A stretch of 64,000 nucleotides of DNA from Blepharisma stoltei ATCC 30299 (taxonomy: Eukaryota > Protista > Ciliophora): assembly GCA_965603825.1 (NCBI GenBank), contig CBFDEM010000058.1, positions 62,001 through 126,000 on the forward strand, in the 5' to 3' direction. Numbering within the stretch: the stretch's first letter is position 1; each line of letters starts with the position of its first letter. The notes beneath the pieces are model-generated. The model was not told where the DNA came from and did not search any database. It was given only the letters and a program-made list of their open reading frames with translations. A program made the position numbers and the translations under genes. Positions 26,745 to 38,530 of this stretch are shown here, in pieces.

Positions 26745-27250
26745 TCAGCATATATGCTGATTTGCACTAGAGATCGTTAATAATCACCTCAAAAGTTCAG
26801 TAATCTTTATCCTACTTTCTTCATATGCTTCACATTCTTCAATTGCATGTACTTCGTCTTCTACCGGTTTTCCACAGAATTTGCAATCAGGACTGTCGAT
26901 AATATGCCTAGTATATTTACATTGATTGGTGAAATTTGAGCCTGCCCTTTATCCAAAAATCATGCTGGTTGCTCCATTAATTGCTGAAGTGCCCCGCAAA
27001 TATAGCGGCAGTCCATCTTTTGGTTCGCTTCCTATCAGAATCCTGTATAGTCCGGTTGTTTTTCATGTTTCAGTTTACATTCTTTCTATTTTTTTTGTTG
27101 CATTAGATCTCATTTTTATCTTACTTCAATGATCATTGATACCATTATCAAGCAGCCCATATTTTTCTTGCACATTTCTGCATCTCATTTCCCATGTTAA
27201 TAATCATTGCTTATTAATTTGTAGTAAATCCTGGATGATCGCATTCCCTT
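26745..27250 (-). mobile_element. 3' fragment of a non-LTR retrotransposon ORF (CCHC zinc knuckle)
   Basis: Minus-strand frame reads ..RHIIDSPDCKFCGKPVEDEVHAIEECEAYEESR (26832-26885, C-x2-C-x8-H-x4-C), typical of the motif downstream of LINE reverse transcriptase; in-frame TAA stops upstream. Confidence 0.7.
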
Positions 27251-27258
27251 TAGTCTGT

Positions 27259-27644
27259 ATAAGTGATTCTATAAAAATAATAAATTATTTGAAAGTAAAT
27301 AAAGATAAGCTTAAAAAGTGCAATAATGAAAAGAATTTAAAAGATTTATTAGAGGGTATAGTAGAAGAAAAAGAACAAGAAGAAGAAAATGAAGAAGAAA
27401 ATGAAGAAGAAAATGAAGAAGAAAATGAAGAAGAAAATGAAGAAGAAAATGAAGAAGAAAATGAAGAAGAAAATGAAGAAGAAAATGAAGAAGAAAATGA
27501 AGAAGAAAATGAAGAAAAAGAAGAAAGAATATGGATCTGCTTACTTCAGGACAAAAAAGAAAGCATTTGATTAATGAGAATAAAAAGGAAAGCAAGCCTA
27601 AATTAAAAATAATGGAGGACAGTGAAGAAAGCAATGAGAATTAA
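27259..27644 (+). pseudogene. AAA-nuclease family C-terminal fragment with expanded acidic repeat
   Basis: DSIKIINYLKVNKDKLKKCNNEKNLKDLLEGIV matches copy A DAIKIRDYLKMNQNVLATCKTKKELKNLLRLIV; frameshifted KRKHL tail; same 3' flank as copy A. Confidence 0.85.
27379..27510 (+). repeat. perfect 12-bp tandem repeat (GAAGAAGAAAAT) x11
   Basis: Directly visible; encodes (EEEN)11 in the family reading frame. Confidence 0.97.
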
Positions 27645-27745
27645 TATTGAATAATTAAAATTTTAGTTTAAAACATTATTAAAGCTTCAAACAGCTTAAT
27701 TTGAGATATTTTATTTGCAAACATGTTAAATCAATAATATTAAAA

Positions 27746-29592
27746 ATGGATTTAAATGAGAGTGAGCTAATCAGTCGGATATCTCAAGCCAATTCTTTAA
27801 GAGTTGAAGGTGACATAGAAGAAATCTCAACTTTCAGCATCTACAAGATTTATATCCGAATAATCAAGTTTCAATTGTGATGGAAATATTTTGTGGAAAG
27901 TCCCCTTTTGAATCTGACAGTGAAGATTCCCAGTTATTATATGTAAAAGAAATTGAAGACTTGCTAAATCTACTAGAAGGCCGAATAAAACCAATTGTCT
28001 CAGTGTAAAAAAACCAGCCTGAAAACAGTTGGGACTTTATGCTAATTTTGCTAAGTCAAGGCTTAGAGCCGCCAAAAATATTTTATAGAAATTCGAAGCA
28101 CGAGCATCTCAAACTTCCACCTCTTATTGCATACTTGTTAGAAAAAAAACTGAAAGTTAATGGAATTGAAGAAAACAAGGAAAACATCATTGGAGGGATT
28201 CTAACGCTTTCTGATATCATTCAAGAGCAGGATTTTACAAATATGGAAAGTATTCAGCAAAATGAAGGGGGCTGGTGAGCTTTGTTTAGAACATTTCTAA
28301 TTATATATTCGAAAAGTGATGATTATTTTAAAAGAATGGTATCATGGACTCCTCCATTCTATGCTGTGCAAAAACATTTCAAAGAAGTTCAGATTGATTT
28401 GAACAAAAACGATTATGAGCCTGATTTAATTGACTGACCAAATTGACTAGGAGCGCAAAGATTGCTTACAAAAATCAAACATTAAAATAAAGAAAAATTG
28501 GAAATTCGCTGGTTCAAAATCTATATTTGAAAATCTCATAATAGATGAAATAGTTTACGTAGATAAGACGCTATTTATAAAAGAAGTCTTAGATGATACA
28601 AATGATGTAATTTTGATTACTAGACCTAGAAGATAGGGCAAAAGTCTGAATATAGGCATGCTAAAGATATTTTTTGTAATAATGGAGACGAAAAAATAAA
28701 CTCAAAAAAAGGCTTTGTTCACAGAGAAAAGAAAATCAACTATCAACGGTTTTTCAAATAGTTCAGATCCTCAGAAACTCGCAATTGCTACCTAAATAAT
28801 GGGGATTATGTTGAAATGCATGCTGGGAAATATCCTGTAATTTTTATAAGCTTTCCGGAAGTGAGAAATGAAGCTGGTATAGATATTCATGAAGTAATAC
28901 ACAAAAATTTTGGCGACGCAATTCACTCAGCATACTGAGACCACAAATATGTTTTAGAAAAATTAAAAGAGCGACTAAAAGATGGGTATGATGAAGATTT
29001 AGAGAAAGATATAAAAACATTTAGGAGCTTCTATCATAATAAGCCCAATTCAGATCTTAAAATATCGATCCAATTTCTAAGTAGAATTTTATCACGAAAA
29101 AGTTTTTATCTTAATAGATGAGTATGATCGCCCATTTAACCATTTATATTCTACAGAGAGCTATAGTACTGTCATACAATTTATGAGAGATATGCTAAGT
29201 CTTGCAATTAAAGATAACACTCAATATGTTAAAAAAGCAGTTATGACTGGAATTTTGAGATGTCCAAAAGACGATCTGTTTCCTGGAATGAATAATGTTT
29301 CGTTAAATTGTGTTGTGGATCGACAGTTTTCAGAGTATTATGGCTTTACTGAGAGTGAAGTTTATAAGATTTTAAAAGCATCCGTTTGAAATACAATAGA
29401 GGTTTTGGGACTGAATAGAAAACGAATGGCTTCATGATATGATGGCTATAACATTGGAGGGCTCAAAATATACAATCCCTGGTCAATTATGAATTGCCTA
29501 TATCGCGCTCAAGATGGCGAAAATAACATATATAAAGATTACTGGATTGATACAGGAAGTGATCATGAACTTAATAAAGCAATGAGAATTAA
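27746..29592 (+). pseudogene. AAA-nuclease family copy C (frameshifts, nonsense codons, nuclease half deleted)
   Basis: Homologous to copy A from MDLNESELISR to YWIDTGS; Walker A broken by TAG (agaagatagggc near 28633); then jumps straight to the family stop and 3' flank near 29577. Confidence 0.92.
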
Positions 29593-30330
29593 TATATTAA
29601 TAACTAAAATTTTAGTTTAAACATTATTAAAGCTTCAAGCTACTTACATGAGATCTTTTATTGGTAAATAGTTTAATAAGAGCTTAAATATTTAATGCCT
29701 TCTCTATTAAAGACTGTTAATAGCATTTTTATTATATCAAAATTATAATTTCTATCATCTAAGTCAAATTTTAATGAATTTATCTATAATAATTATTTGT
29801 AGTTATTCTGCTATAAATATCTATATAATATTAAATTTTTTGCCTAAAATATAAAATCTTGAGCAAGCAAAATCCATATAATAAACAACTTTAATATATA
29901 CTTATAATGAAAAAGCTAATTATAGCAGATTTGCAGCACAATTTCATAACTGAATTATTTAGCTTAAAGATAAAATTACTCTAAAAATTTTACCTAAAAT
30001 TTAAGCCTCCACAGAGTCATATAACCTTAGTCTTCCATTTTTGTTCAACAACTAATCGAATTTTCTATAGAGCTGAAAACAAATAGAATCTAAAATGCAC
30101 TGGAATTCAAATTTTTTAATAAAATTATAGCAAATAGTATTATAAGTCGAGCTTTATGGGTATACAATTTTTAATTTTAAATAGGCTTTTGCTAATTTTT
30201 GACGGTTTTTAAACAAAAAGGGAGGGTGGTTATAATGAATTATTGATATGAAACTATTAGTGACAAAATTATTTTATCGTTTCTCATTCATAAATAAGAA
30301 AGGTTAAAATAACAGCTAGTCTTAATAATA

Positions 30331-31242
30331 ATGGTGATTAGTAGCTTAAGTTTCAGATCAACAAAGCGATTTTTCGCAACTGTCCGCCAAAGCTTCTGGT
30401 ATCCAAGATCCCGATCTGATCTTGATACTGTAGATAAATCCTACGAAAATTTTGTTGAAAAGCTTGAAATTTCCTATCCAGGCTCAGACGACGTTGACTA
30501 TATGAGCTGGCTCAGATCAGTAAGAAACTACAGCACATCAGTCAATTCAGAAGTTCCTGACGTTTTCTACCCAGACCAAGCAAACAAAACCTGAAGCCTC
30601 CTCTATGCAAGGCTTAGAGAGCTTCATTACCTTTATGCTTGTGATGAGCATAAGTCAAACCTCAAAGATTTAGAAAATTTGGGGGTTTATACAGGAGAAA
30701 AGATACCACAGTTATCGCAAATAAACAACTGATTAAGCTCGAAAACTGGCTTCAAATTGATTCCAGTTGGAGGAATAATCAATGCTAGGTCCTTTTTATA
30801 TGGGCTAGCTTATAGAGTGTTTCTCTCAACGAGATATATTCGCCACATTTCGGTTCCTTTTTATTCGCCTGAACCTGACATTGTGCATGAGCTCATGGGG
30901 CATGTCCCACTCTTCGGGAATGAAGAACTTGCTGAGTTTTCTCAAGAAATTGGGAAGAAGTCACTGGGGGCAAGCGATGCGGACATTGAGAAATTAGCAA
31001 AAATTTATTTTTACTCAATCGAATTTGGGATCGTTGGCGATAAAATTTTGGGTGCAGGCATCCTTGGGTCTTGCAAAGAAATTGTACATGTAAAAGAAGA
31101 TAAATGTGATTTTATTGGCTGGGATACTAAAAAAATCTTAAGTATGGATTTTACCCTTTCTTCATATCAGCCTGCCTATTACAAGACAGAAAATCTCTCT
31201 GAGATAAAAAAATCAGTTATGGAGGCCTGCAACTTAATATAA
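30331..31242 (+). CDS. biopterin-dependent aromatic amino acid hydroxylase (phenylalanine 4-hydroxylase-like), ~303 aa
   Basis: One frame with two TGA=Trp; IPQLSQIN..L..KTGF, FL.GLA.RVF.STRYIRH, YSPEPDIVHELMGHVPL and YSIEFG supply the 2-His-1-Glu iron triad. Confidence 0.92.
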
Positions 31243-31622
31243 AATAAGATTTCATTTTTTGAAAATTTGAAATATAAATGGAAAATTTTAGATTTCATCA
31301 GCTATTACCCTCTTAAATTTAGTAAGGAAAAAAGAAAATTAATTCATAAATTTTATTATATTGATTTTAAAGTGTTTTTATAAAATCTTGGTTCAAAATA
31401 TCGATCAAATTTAATTATGCGTCTTATGAATTATTTCTTTACTTTATTTTTATTTAGCATTTGAAAATAATAAGTTTTTGGAGTGTAGAAATAAAGCTTG
31501 GCATTTATAGGTCTTAAAATTTTCAATAAAATCTAAAATTCCTTTTTTTGAATTTCAAATAAAATTTATCTCATTATATGAGTAGCTTTAATAAACTAAA
31601 ATATTATTTATTTAAATCACCA

Positions 31623-34127
31623 TTAATTAAGCTCATTTCGCTGATATGGATAATAATTCCCTGGATTTTCTAAAATATTTCTTTCTTCGCTATACTCATC
31701 TTCCATCGGTGCATCCATAAACGGATTTCCTGCCACCGGATTAATTACACTTCCCCCCATCACACTCGAAAACGGATTTTCCGCAATCGTCCTATACTGC
31801 CCACTTTCCAAATCTACCATCTGATACGCATAATTTCTCATATTATTCGCAGCGCTCATCACATTTGAAAATCTCGTCTCCATTTTCTTCTTTTCCGCTG
31901 TGCCTTTTCTATGTTCTACCAATTTCAGTCACTCTTTCCAGCCTTCTTTTGCTAATAGCGGGTTATTTCTCATATAATCCTCATTAAAACGTACTGCATT
32001 TTCTTCATAGTCATTTCTTTCATCTACATTAATTCCTTCTTTTTTTCTTTTTATTTTTCCTTTAATTCCACATAAAAACCTTATAGGAGACACAAAAAAT
32101 AAGGCAACTAATAAAAAGGCAGCGATTGGGATCAAAATATTGTGGTAGTCTTCTGATTTTAAAAAAAATAAAAAGGTGCAGTTTGAAGCCTATATAAAGT
32201 TTACAGAGTAAGCTAAAATAAAGAGAGGGATCCATTTGAGCATATTGTTAGACATCCCTTTGCCAAAGTTACGTGGCCGTGAATGCCGACGAAGGAGCAT
32301 AAGTTTGTCAGTCCAGTATTGCAGAAAAACTGATATAAAGCCGATAAGGAAACAAAGAGGGAATAATGGAGCAAAAATAAAGCAGATTATTAATGTCACC
32401 AAAATATTTGCATAACGCTGAGCCATGTCCACTTCAGGGTTTTCCCACAGTTTGTTAGCCTCGATTTGAGTTATCCCTATAATGCCTCTTCTTGCAAGTT
32501 TTTTTACTTGGCGTCTCTTATGGACTTTATATAAATACAAAGGAGAAAAAATATAGGTCAATGGGGATGAAATCCCGCTGACTATTAATAAAAATAAAAC
32601 ATCATTGACTAAGCCATATGGCAAAAACCAGTCATCGATTTTCCCTGAATTTACCCAGATAAGGATACCTACAGAGTTAAGCACCATTGCAGTCACTAAT
32701 TTGTTGGTAACTGCTCTATGATAATGCGTCCAGGTTATATGTTTTTCAGTGCTGGAAAAAATTCTGACGACGATAGCGAGAAAACGGTTTATGATAAGAA
32801 TACAAACAGAGAGTCCAAAGGAGTATAAACGGACTTGCAGCAGGTCTTGGTAAGTTCTTTCGTCTTTTGGCTTGTTTTCATAGTCTTTGTAATAGTTTCT
32901 TTGATATTGCTTAGTTATATACACTAAAATAAAGCAGCCTATAAGGAGAGCTAATGTTCATAAGGTTGTAATTAACCTTCTTAAGTATTTTTGGCAAGAA
33001 GTTGCGCTTAGATTTTCCCATATGATATCTGATGGTTCTGGAGCTTGCTCTACGTGTAGCCTGACGTTTTTAAATGTAAAAGGGCCATCATAGCACAGCA
33101 TGCATAAACAGCAGAAAATCCTTGTTGATGGATTTATTGCCCAATAGTCAACTACTAATTTAGCGTCTTCTTCTTTCGTAAATGTCACAAAGGCATAATG
33201 TGTCTGATTATAACTTTCCTTTGCCTTCAGCTCAAACTTGTTTATCCTTTTCTCCAAACTGTCAATTTTCTGTTTTATTACCCCTTCCTGTGGATAATAC
33301 GCTACATATTTTTTACATTTACAACAAAACCCACCTTTTTTGGGATAATTCCCATGATGCTTTTTCTGATAGTCCTGCACAAATAGTAATAGCCCTTTAA
33401 GTTTTGCGTGGTCTCTGGTATCTTTTACGTACTGATTAATATCATAAGCAACGCTTACACTTTCTACAGTAGTCGGAAAACCGAAGTATTGGGTCTGTTT
33501 TTCAAAAAATGCTTTGAGGTCTTGGCTGTTATAACTGTTCCTGAGGTTTTTAACCCAAACTGTGTAGTCTGAAGGAGTTATATGGTTTTTGTCGATTTTT
33601 TGGATCATTTTTGTGAGGCTTTTTCTGAGGAAAAAGAAAAAAACTACTAGAACAACGCTATTTGCGGCATGGAGGATTCCTTGGATTTCTGGGATGTCTT
33701 CATCTTTTCCAAAGCCACCTAAGGAGGCATCAATATATCAGCTTTCAGAGCCTTTACCTCAGTCACCAGAGTGCCCAGCATTATAGTCTTGGTAAGCACA
33801 ATAAGCTCCAGCAAAAATGAAACTCCAAAGCAGCCAAAGAATGACTCTTGAAACAAAGTAAAAATATAAAGGAACGCCGATGCCTAAATCCCCAAGCTTT
33901 TCTATTGAGCAGCAAAGTGAATAATAAGGGGCGTCCTATATCTCAATTACAATTGGTAAACTGCAGCAAGGGCATAGTTTACTTTTTTCAGTGACTTTAT
34001 AAGACCTTAGGTTTCTTGCTTTGCTTGCTTTCTGAATTTATTTTACTTGGTGAATTCGTGCTAATTTAAGATCTGCTTTCTTTTGGTTTGTTATCAACGG
34101 GTTTTCAACTTCAAATGATTCTTCCAT
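31623..34127 (-). CDS. OSCA/TMEM63 (CSC1)-like multi-pass channel, paralog 2
   Basis: Same motifs and same three intron positions as paralog 1 (34032-34046, 33936-33950, 32190-32204). Confidence 0.85.
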
Positions 34128-34153
34128 TAATTTCTTCACCTTTAAAAAATCAT

Positions 34154-34495
34154 TTTGGCTACAATATATTAAATCATACTTGCACCTTTTCCAATAATTT
34201 GGTTAAATAAATCAATTTTTATGAAATTTTATACAAAAGGATAGGAAAAAAGACTTATAGTAAAGTATTTTTTTATAAATAGGTAATAGCTAAATTTAAG
34301 GACTAATCGTTATTAATTTGATAAAATCTTTATTTGGCTACAACATATTAAAATCAGACTTGTACCTTTTCCAATAATTTGGTTTAATAAATCAATTTTT
34401 ATATAATTTTATACAAAAGAATAGGAAAAAAGACTTATAGCAAAGTATTTTTTTATAAATAGAGAAAAGCTGAATAAAATTACTAATTTGATAAA
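34154..34495. repeat. ~180-bp tandem direct duplication in the divergent promoter between the OSCA-like gene and POLD1
   Basis: tttggctacaa..ccttttccaataatttggtt..aggaaaaagacttatag.aaagtattttttttataaatag occurs at ~34154 and again at ~34333. Confidence 0.9.
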
Positions 34496-34537
34496 ATACT
34501 TTAGGTACTGCCCCCAAATTCACAATTAACAAATAAA

Positions 34538-37500
34538 ATGGAAGCGGGAAATAAATTCGGTGCAATCAAGCGTCCTGAATTAGCGCCAACTTATAATGAC
34601 AACTCAAGCTCAATTTGTTTTATGCAAACTGATATAGATTATTACACCGGCCGTTCCCCAGGCACCCATGAAGACGTTCCTATCCTCCGAATCTACGGTG
34701 TCACTGAAGAAGGCCATTCTGTAATGGTCCACGTCCATTCTTTCGCTCCTTATTTCTGGGCAGAATGCCCACAAGGTATGGACAACGAATTTTACTGTGA
34801 AAAAGTAAAGCAAGCCTTAAATAACCACCCCCAATGCAAAAATACAGTCGCCAGGGTCACTACAGAACTAAAAGAATCCATCATGTTTTTTACCAATAAT
34901 GGCGCCCTCCCCTATTTCAAAATTTTTACCTATGTCCCTAAATCCGTCTCCCAGCTCCGAGGCATTGTAGAAAGAGGCATAAGTATTGACGGAAATGCTT
35001 TTAACTGCCAAACTTATGAATCAAATATCCCTTTTGCCCTCAGATATATGATTGACGTAGGAATTGTTGGGATGTGCTGGCTTGAGCTGCCTGCTTTTCA
35101 GTACGATTTACGGTACGACGACAACGTATCGACTGCACAAATAGAAATTGATATAAATTACCAGAATATCATCGTCCATAAGCCAGAAGGAGAATGGAGC
35201 AAAATTGCGCCTTTAAGAGTCCTTTCTTTTGACATTGAGTGCAATAATAATGGACAGAATTTCCCGACCCCTGACAAAAATGAAATTATCCAGATCGGAA
35301 ATGTCTGCAAAATCCCAGGGACTGACAATGTGATCGCTAGGAATATTTTTACGTTAGGCGGGTGTGCAGATATAGCAGACGCTAAAGTGTTTTCTTATGA
35401 TAAAGAAGAAGATATGCTGATGGGGTGGAAAGAATTCGTCCTTTCTGTCGACCCAGACATTATTACAGGCTACAATATCTTAAACTTCGACTACGGCTAC
35501 ATTTTTAAGCGTGCCGAAAAGCTGAAACTCAAAAAATTCCCATTTTTCGGGAGAGTCAAAAATACAGAAACAAAAATAAAAGACACCACTTTTCAGTCAA
35601 AAGCCCAAGGATTGAGGGAAAGCAAAGAAGTAGGCATGGACGGCAGAATTCAGCTTGATATGTTCCAGCATATCCAAAGGGAGCACAAGCTAAGCCATTA
35701 TTCATTAAACTCAGTCTCGCTTACGTTTTTAAAAGAACAAAAAGAAGACGTCCATTGGACCACTATGAAAGATTTACAAGAAGGCTCTGATGAGACTAGA
35801 AGAAGAATTGCCGTTTATTGTTTAAAAGACTGCTATTTACCATTAAGACTGCTTGAGAAGCTGATGTGTATTTTTAATTATGCAGAAATGGCAAGAGTCA
35901 CTGGTGTCCCGTTTTCTTATCTGTTAACCAGAGGCCAACAGATAAAAGTGGCCTCACAATTATTAAGAAAAGCCCAGGAACATAATATGCTGATACCTAC
36001 ACAGGCGAGAAATGAAGGTGGAGAAAAATATGAAGGCGCTTTTGTGCTGGAGCCCAAAAAGGATTTTTATAATGTACCTATAGCCACTTTGGATTTTGCC
36101 TCATTATATCCGTCTATTATGATGGCTCATAACCTTTGTTATTGTACATTAGTCCCGCCGTCTATTCTTGGGAGGTTAGAAGAAGAAGACTATATAACTA
36201 CACCCTCAGGCGACCATTTTGTAAAAAGCAATTTAAGAAAAGGACTTTTGCCGATTATTTTAGAAGAGCTAATAGATGCAAGAAAAAGGGCCAGAGAAGA
36301 GATTAAAAGGACTGAAGACCCATTTATGAAAAAAGTACTGGACGGGAGACAGCTAGCCTTAAAAATATCAGCGAACTCTGTATATGGTTTTACAGGCGCA
36401 CAAGTCGGCCAATTGCCTTGCTTACAGATCTCGTCTAGCGTAACTGCATATGGCAGAATGATGATAGAAGGCACTAAACGGACCATAGAAGAATACTATT
36501 CTACCGCCAACGGTTTTCCTCACGACTCACAAGTAATTTATGGCGACACTGATTCCGTCATGATCAAATTTGGCCTTGAAAATCTCGAAGAAGTCATGAA
36601 GCTTGGCAAAGAAGCAGCACTAATGGTCTCCCAGCAGTTCGTAAAGCCAATCCGACTTGAATTCGAAAAGGCTTATTTTCCTTATTTACTTATGAATAAA
36701 AAAAGATACGCTGGTTTACTATGGACAAATGCAGAAAAATATGATAAAATTGATATGAAAGGCATAGAAAGTGTCAGAAGAGACAATTGTGCATTGGTCA
36801 GAGAGACGATTAATACGTGTCTTTATAAGCTGCTGATAGAAAGAAATGTAGAAGACGCTGTGGATTTCGTAAAAGGTGTAGTTTCAGCGCTGCTGCAGAA
36901 TAAAATTGATTTGTCCATGCTTGTGATTACTAAAGCCTTAGGCAAAAAAACACAAGCGGAAGGAAAAAGTAACAAAAATATTTATACAGCAAAACAGGCA
37001 CATGTGGAGCTAAGCAAAAAAATGCATGATAGGGATGCCGCAACAGCCCCTGGGGTAGGAGATAGAGTGGCGTATGTAATGATAAAAGGAGTCAAAGGCC
37101 AAAAAGCTTATGAGCTAGCTGAAGACCCAATTTATGCGCTGAAAAATGATTTGTCGATTGATTTTGACTATTATTTAGAAAAACAGCTGAAACTTCCCCT
37201 TTCCCGTCTTTTTGAAGCCATTTTGACTAACCCAAACTCTTTATTTGCAGGTGAGCATACCAGAAAAAGATACCAGCCCAAGTCCACAACTGGCGCTTTA
37301 TCAAAATTCATTAAAATCACCACAACTTGTATATCATGCAAAACACAAATAAAATCAGGAGCGTTGTGCCAAAGCTGCGAAGAAAGAGCGCCTGAGATTT
37401 ATTTGGAGAGAATTTTGCAGTCAAACCAATATGAAAAGAATTTCCAAGAGCTCTGGGCTGAATGCCAAAGATGCCAAGGGTCTGTACATCAAGAAGTCTT

Positions 37501-37603
37501 GTGCACAAATAGAGATTGCCCTATTTTTTATAGGAGGGAAAAAGTGAGGAAAGATATGTGCTATATAAAAGGAGAACTGGAAAAATTAGCATTAAATTGG
37601 TAA
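34538..37603 (+). CDS. POLD1: DNA polymerase delta catalytic subunit
   Basis: SFDIEC (ExoI), GYNILNFD, DFASLYPSIMMAHNLCY, RQLALKISANSVYGFTGA, YGDTDS, C-terminal CysA and CysB (CQRCQG..CTNRDC). Confidence 0.98.
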   Translation: MEAGNKFGAIKRPELAPTYNDNSSSICFMQTDIDYYTGRSPGTHEDVPILRIYGVTEEGHSVMVHVHSFAPYFWAECPQGMDNEFYCEKVKQALNNHPQCKNTVARVTTELKESIMFFTNNGALPYFKIFTYVPKSVSQLRGIVERGISIDGNAFNCQTYESNIPFALRYMIDVGIVGMCWLELPAFQYDLRYDDNVSTAQIEIDINYQNIIVHKPEGEWSKIAPLRVLSFDIECNNNGQNFPTPDKNEIIQIGNVCKIPGTDNVIARNIFTLGGCADIADAKVFSYDKEEDMLMGWKEFVLSVDPDIITGYNILNFDYGYIFKRAEKLKLKKFPFFGRVKNTETKIKDTTFQSKAQGLRESKEVGMDGRIQLDMFQHIQREHKLSHYSLNSVSLTFLKEQKEDVHWTTMKDLQEGSDETRRRIAVYCLKDCYLPLRLLEKLMCIFNYAEMARVTGVPFSYLLTRGQQIKVASQLLRKAQEHNMLIPTQARNEGGEKYEGAFVLEPKKDFYNVPIATLDFASLYPSIMMAHNLCYCTLVPPSILGRLEEEDYITTPSGDHFVKSNLRKGLLPIILEELIDARKRAREEIKRTEDPFMKKVLDGRQLALKISANSVYGFTGAQVGQLPCLQISSSVTAYGRMMIEGTKRTIEEYYSTANGFPHDSQVIYGDTDSVMIKFGLENLEEVMKLGKEAALMVSQQFVKPIRLEFEKAYFPYLLMNKKRYAGLLWTNAEKYDKIDMKGIESVRRDNCALVRETINTCLYKLLIERNVEDAVDFVKGVVSALLQNKIDLSMLVITKALGKKTQAEGKSNKNIYTAKQAHVELSKKMHDRDAATAPGVGDRVAYVMIKGVKGQKAYELAEDPIYALKNDLSIDFDYYLEKQLKLPLSRLFEAILTNPNSLFAGEHTRKRYQPKSTTGALSKFIKITTTCISCKTQIKSGALCQSCEERAPEIYLERILQSNQYEKNFQELWAECQRCQGSVHQEVLCTNRDCPIFYRREKVRKDMCYIKGELEKLALNW

Positions 37604-37651
37604 TTAAATAATTAAGAACTGATTATCAATTAACCTAGATATAAGCATAAT

Positions 37652-38530
37652 CTAAGAATTCTCGGGAACAAGCGGCATCCTGCACAATGGACAAATTGCA
37701 TTAACTTTCAACCAATTTTTAATGCAGTTTTCATGAAATATATGTCTACCGTCACAAGGCAAAGCACAGACTTTATCACTTATCTGGAATTCTTCAGAGC
37801 ATATAGCACATGTTCTATCTCCTGTATGCTTTGAAGGATCATATTCTTCTGCTACTAATTTCTCAAGCATTTCTTTGGTAGCTGGAGTCTGAGATCCCCT
37901 TCCAAATACCGCTAAACCTAGTATAAGTACAGGAATGCATAGACAAAGGCAGCAGCAAAATAGCACAGGCCAGCAAAAATGAAGGTACCCAAAAATGATA
38001 TAAATCAAAGACAAAGTCGTCAATTCTACAGCATCATCCCAACAGTCATCACAAGAATAAAACCACACATTTCCTGTAATTTGCCAGGCAAAGTAAAAAC
38101 TATATATATCTTACAGTGCAAGTAGCGTGCTGAAACCCCCAATAGCACGTTTAAAGCCATCTGAGGCTGGATTTGTATACATATAATGTTTGGAGCCATT
38201 GATAAAAATATTGCAAATATCGATTGCAATTAAAACGATAATAAAGGTCTTTAAAGGGGTGTCAGTATCAGTATCACATAAGGCAAGGATGAGAATTGAC
38301 GTAAGAATTCTGGCAAAAATAAATAGCATGGAGATGGTCAGAATAGATCTTGAGCCATTTAAACTGCGCAGAATGGCTTCTTCGACTGCATCTCTAACCA
38401 AAGAACGAGAAGAACCGCGGTCTTGAGGAGCTAGTAAAGGGTCTGACTCAGCATTTTCATTAGGGTTAGAGTTAGAGTTGGGGTTGTTAGCTGAGGGGAC
38501 GAGCTGATCTTTCTCTTGAGGAGCTTCCAT
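37652..38530 (-). CDS. multi-TM RING-H2 E3 ubiquitin ligase
   Basis: TM helices, W...GNVWFY, CCCLCLCIP, CAIC..LPC..RHIFH..CI..WL..NAICPLCR; 15-nt intron 38100-38114. Confidence 0.9.

Noticed and set aside
27311-27634. Repetitive ORFs (FLLH)n and (MKKK)n, or a CRISPR-like array
   Set aside because: Alternative frames of the 12-bp tandem repeat; there are no spacers
20704-29600. Bacterial or endosymbiont contamination as the source of the AAA-nuclease genes
   Set aside because: They are interleaved with intron-bearing host genes and eukaryotic TE remnants, and use the host TGA=Trp code
20110-29700. Terminal inverted repeats or short target-site duplications around the AAA-nuclease units, and telomeric repeats
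   Set aside because: None found by eye, so the family is not called a transposon
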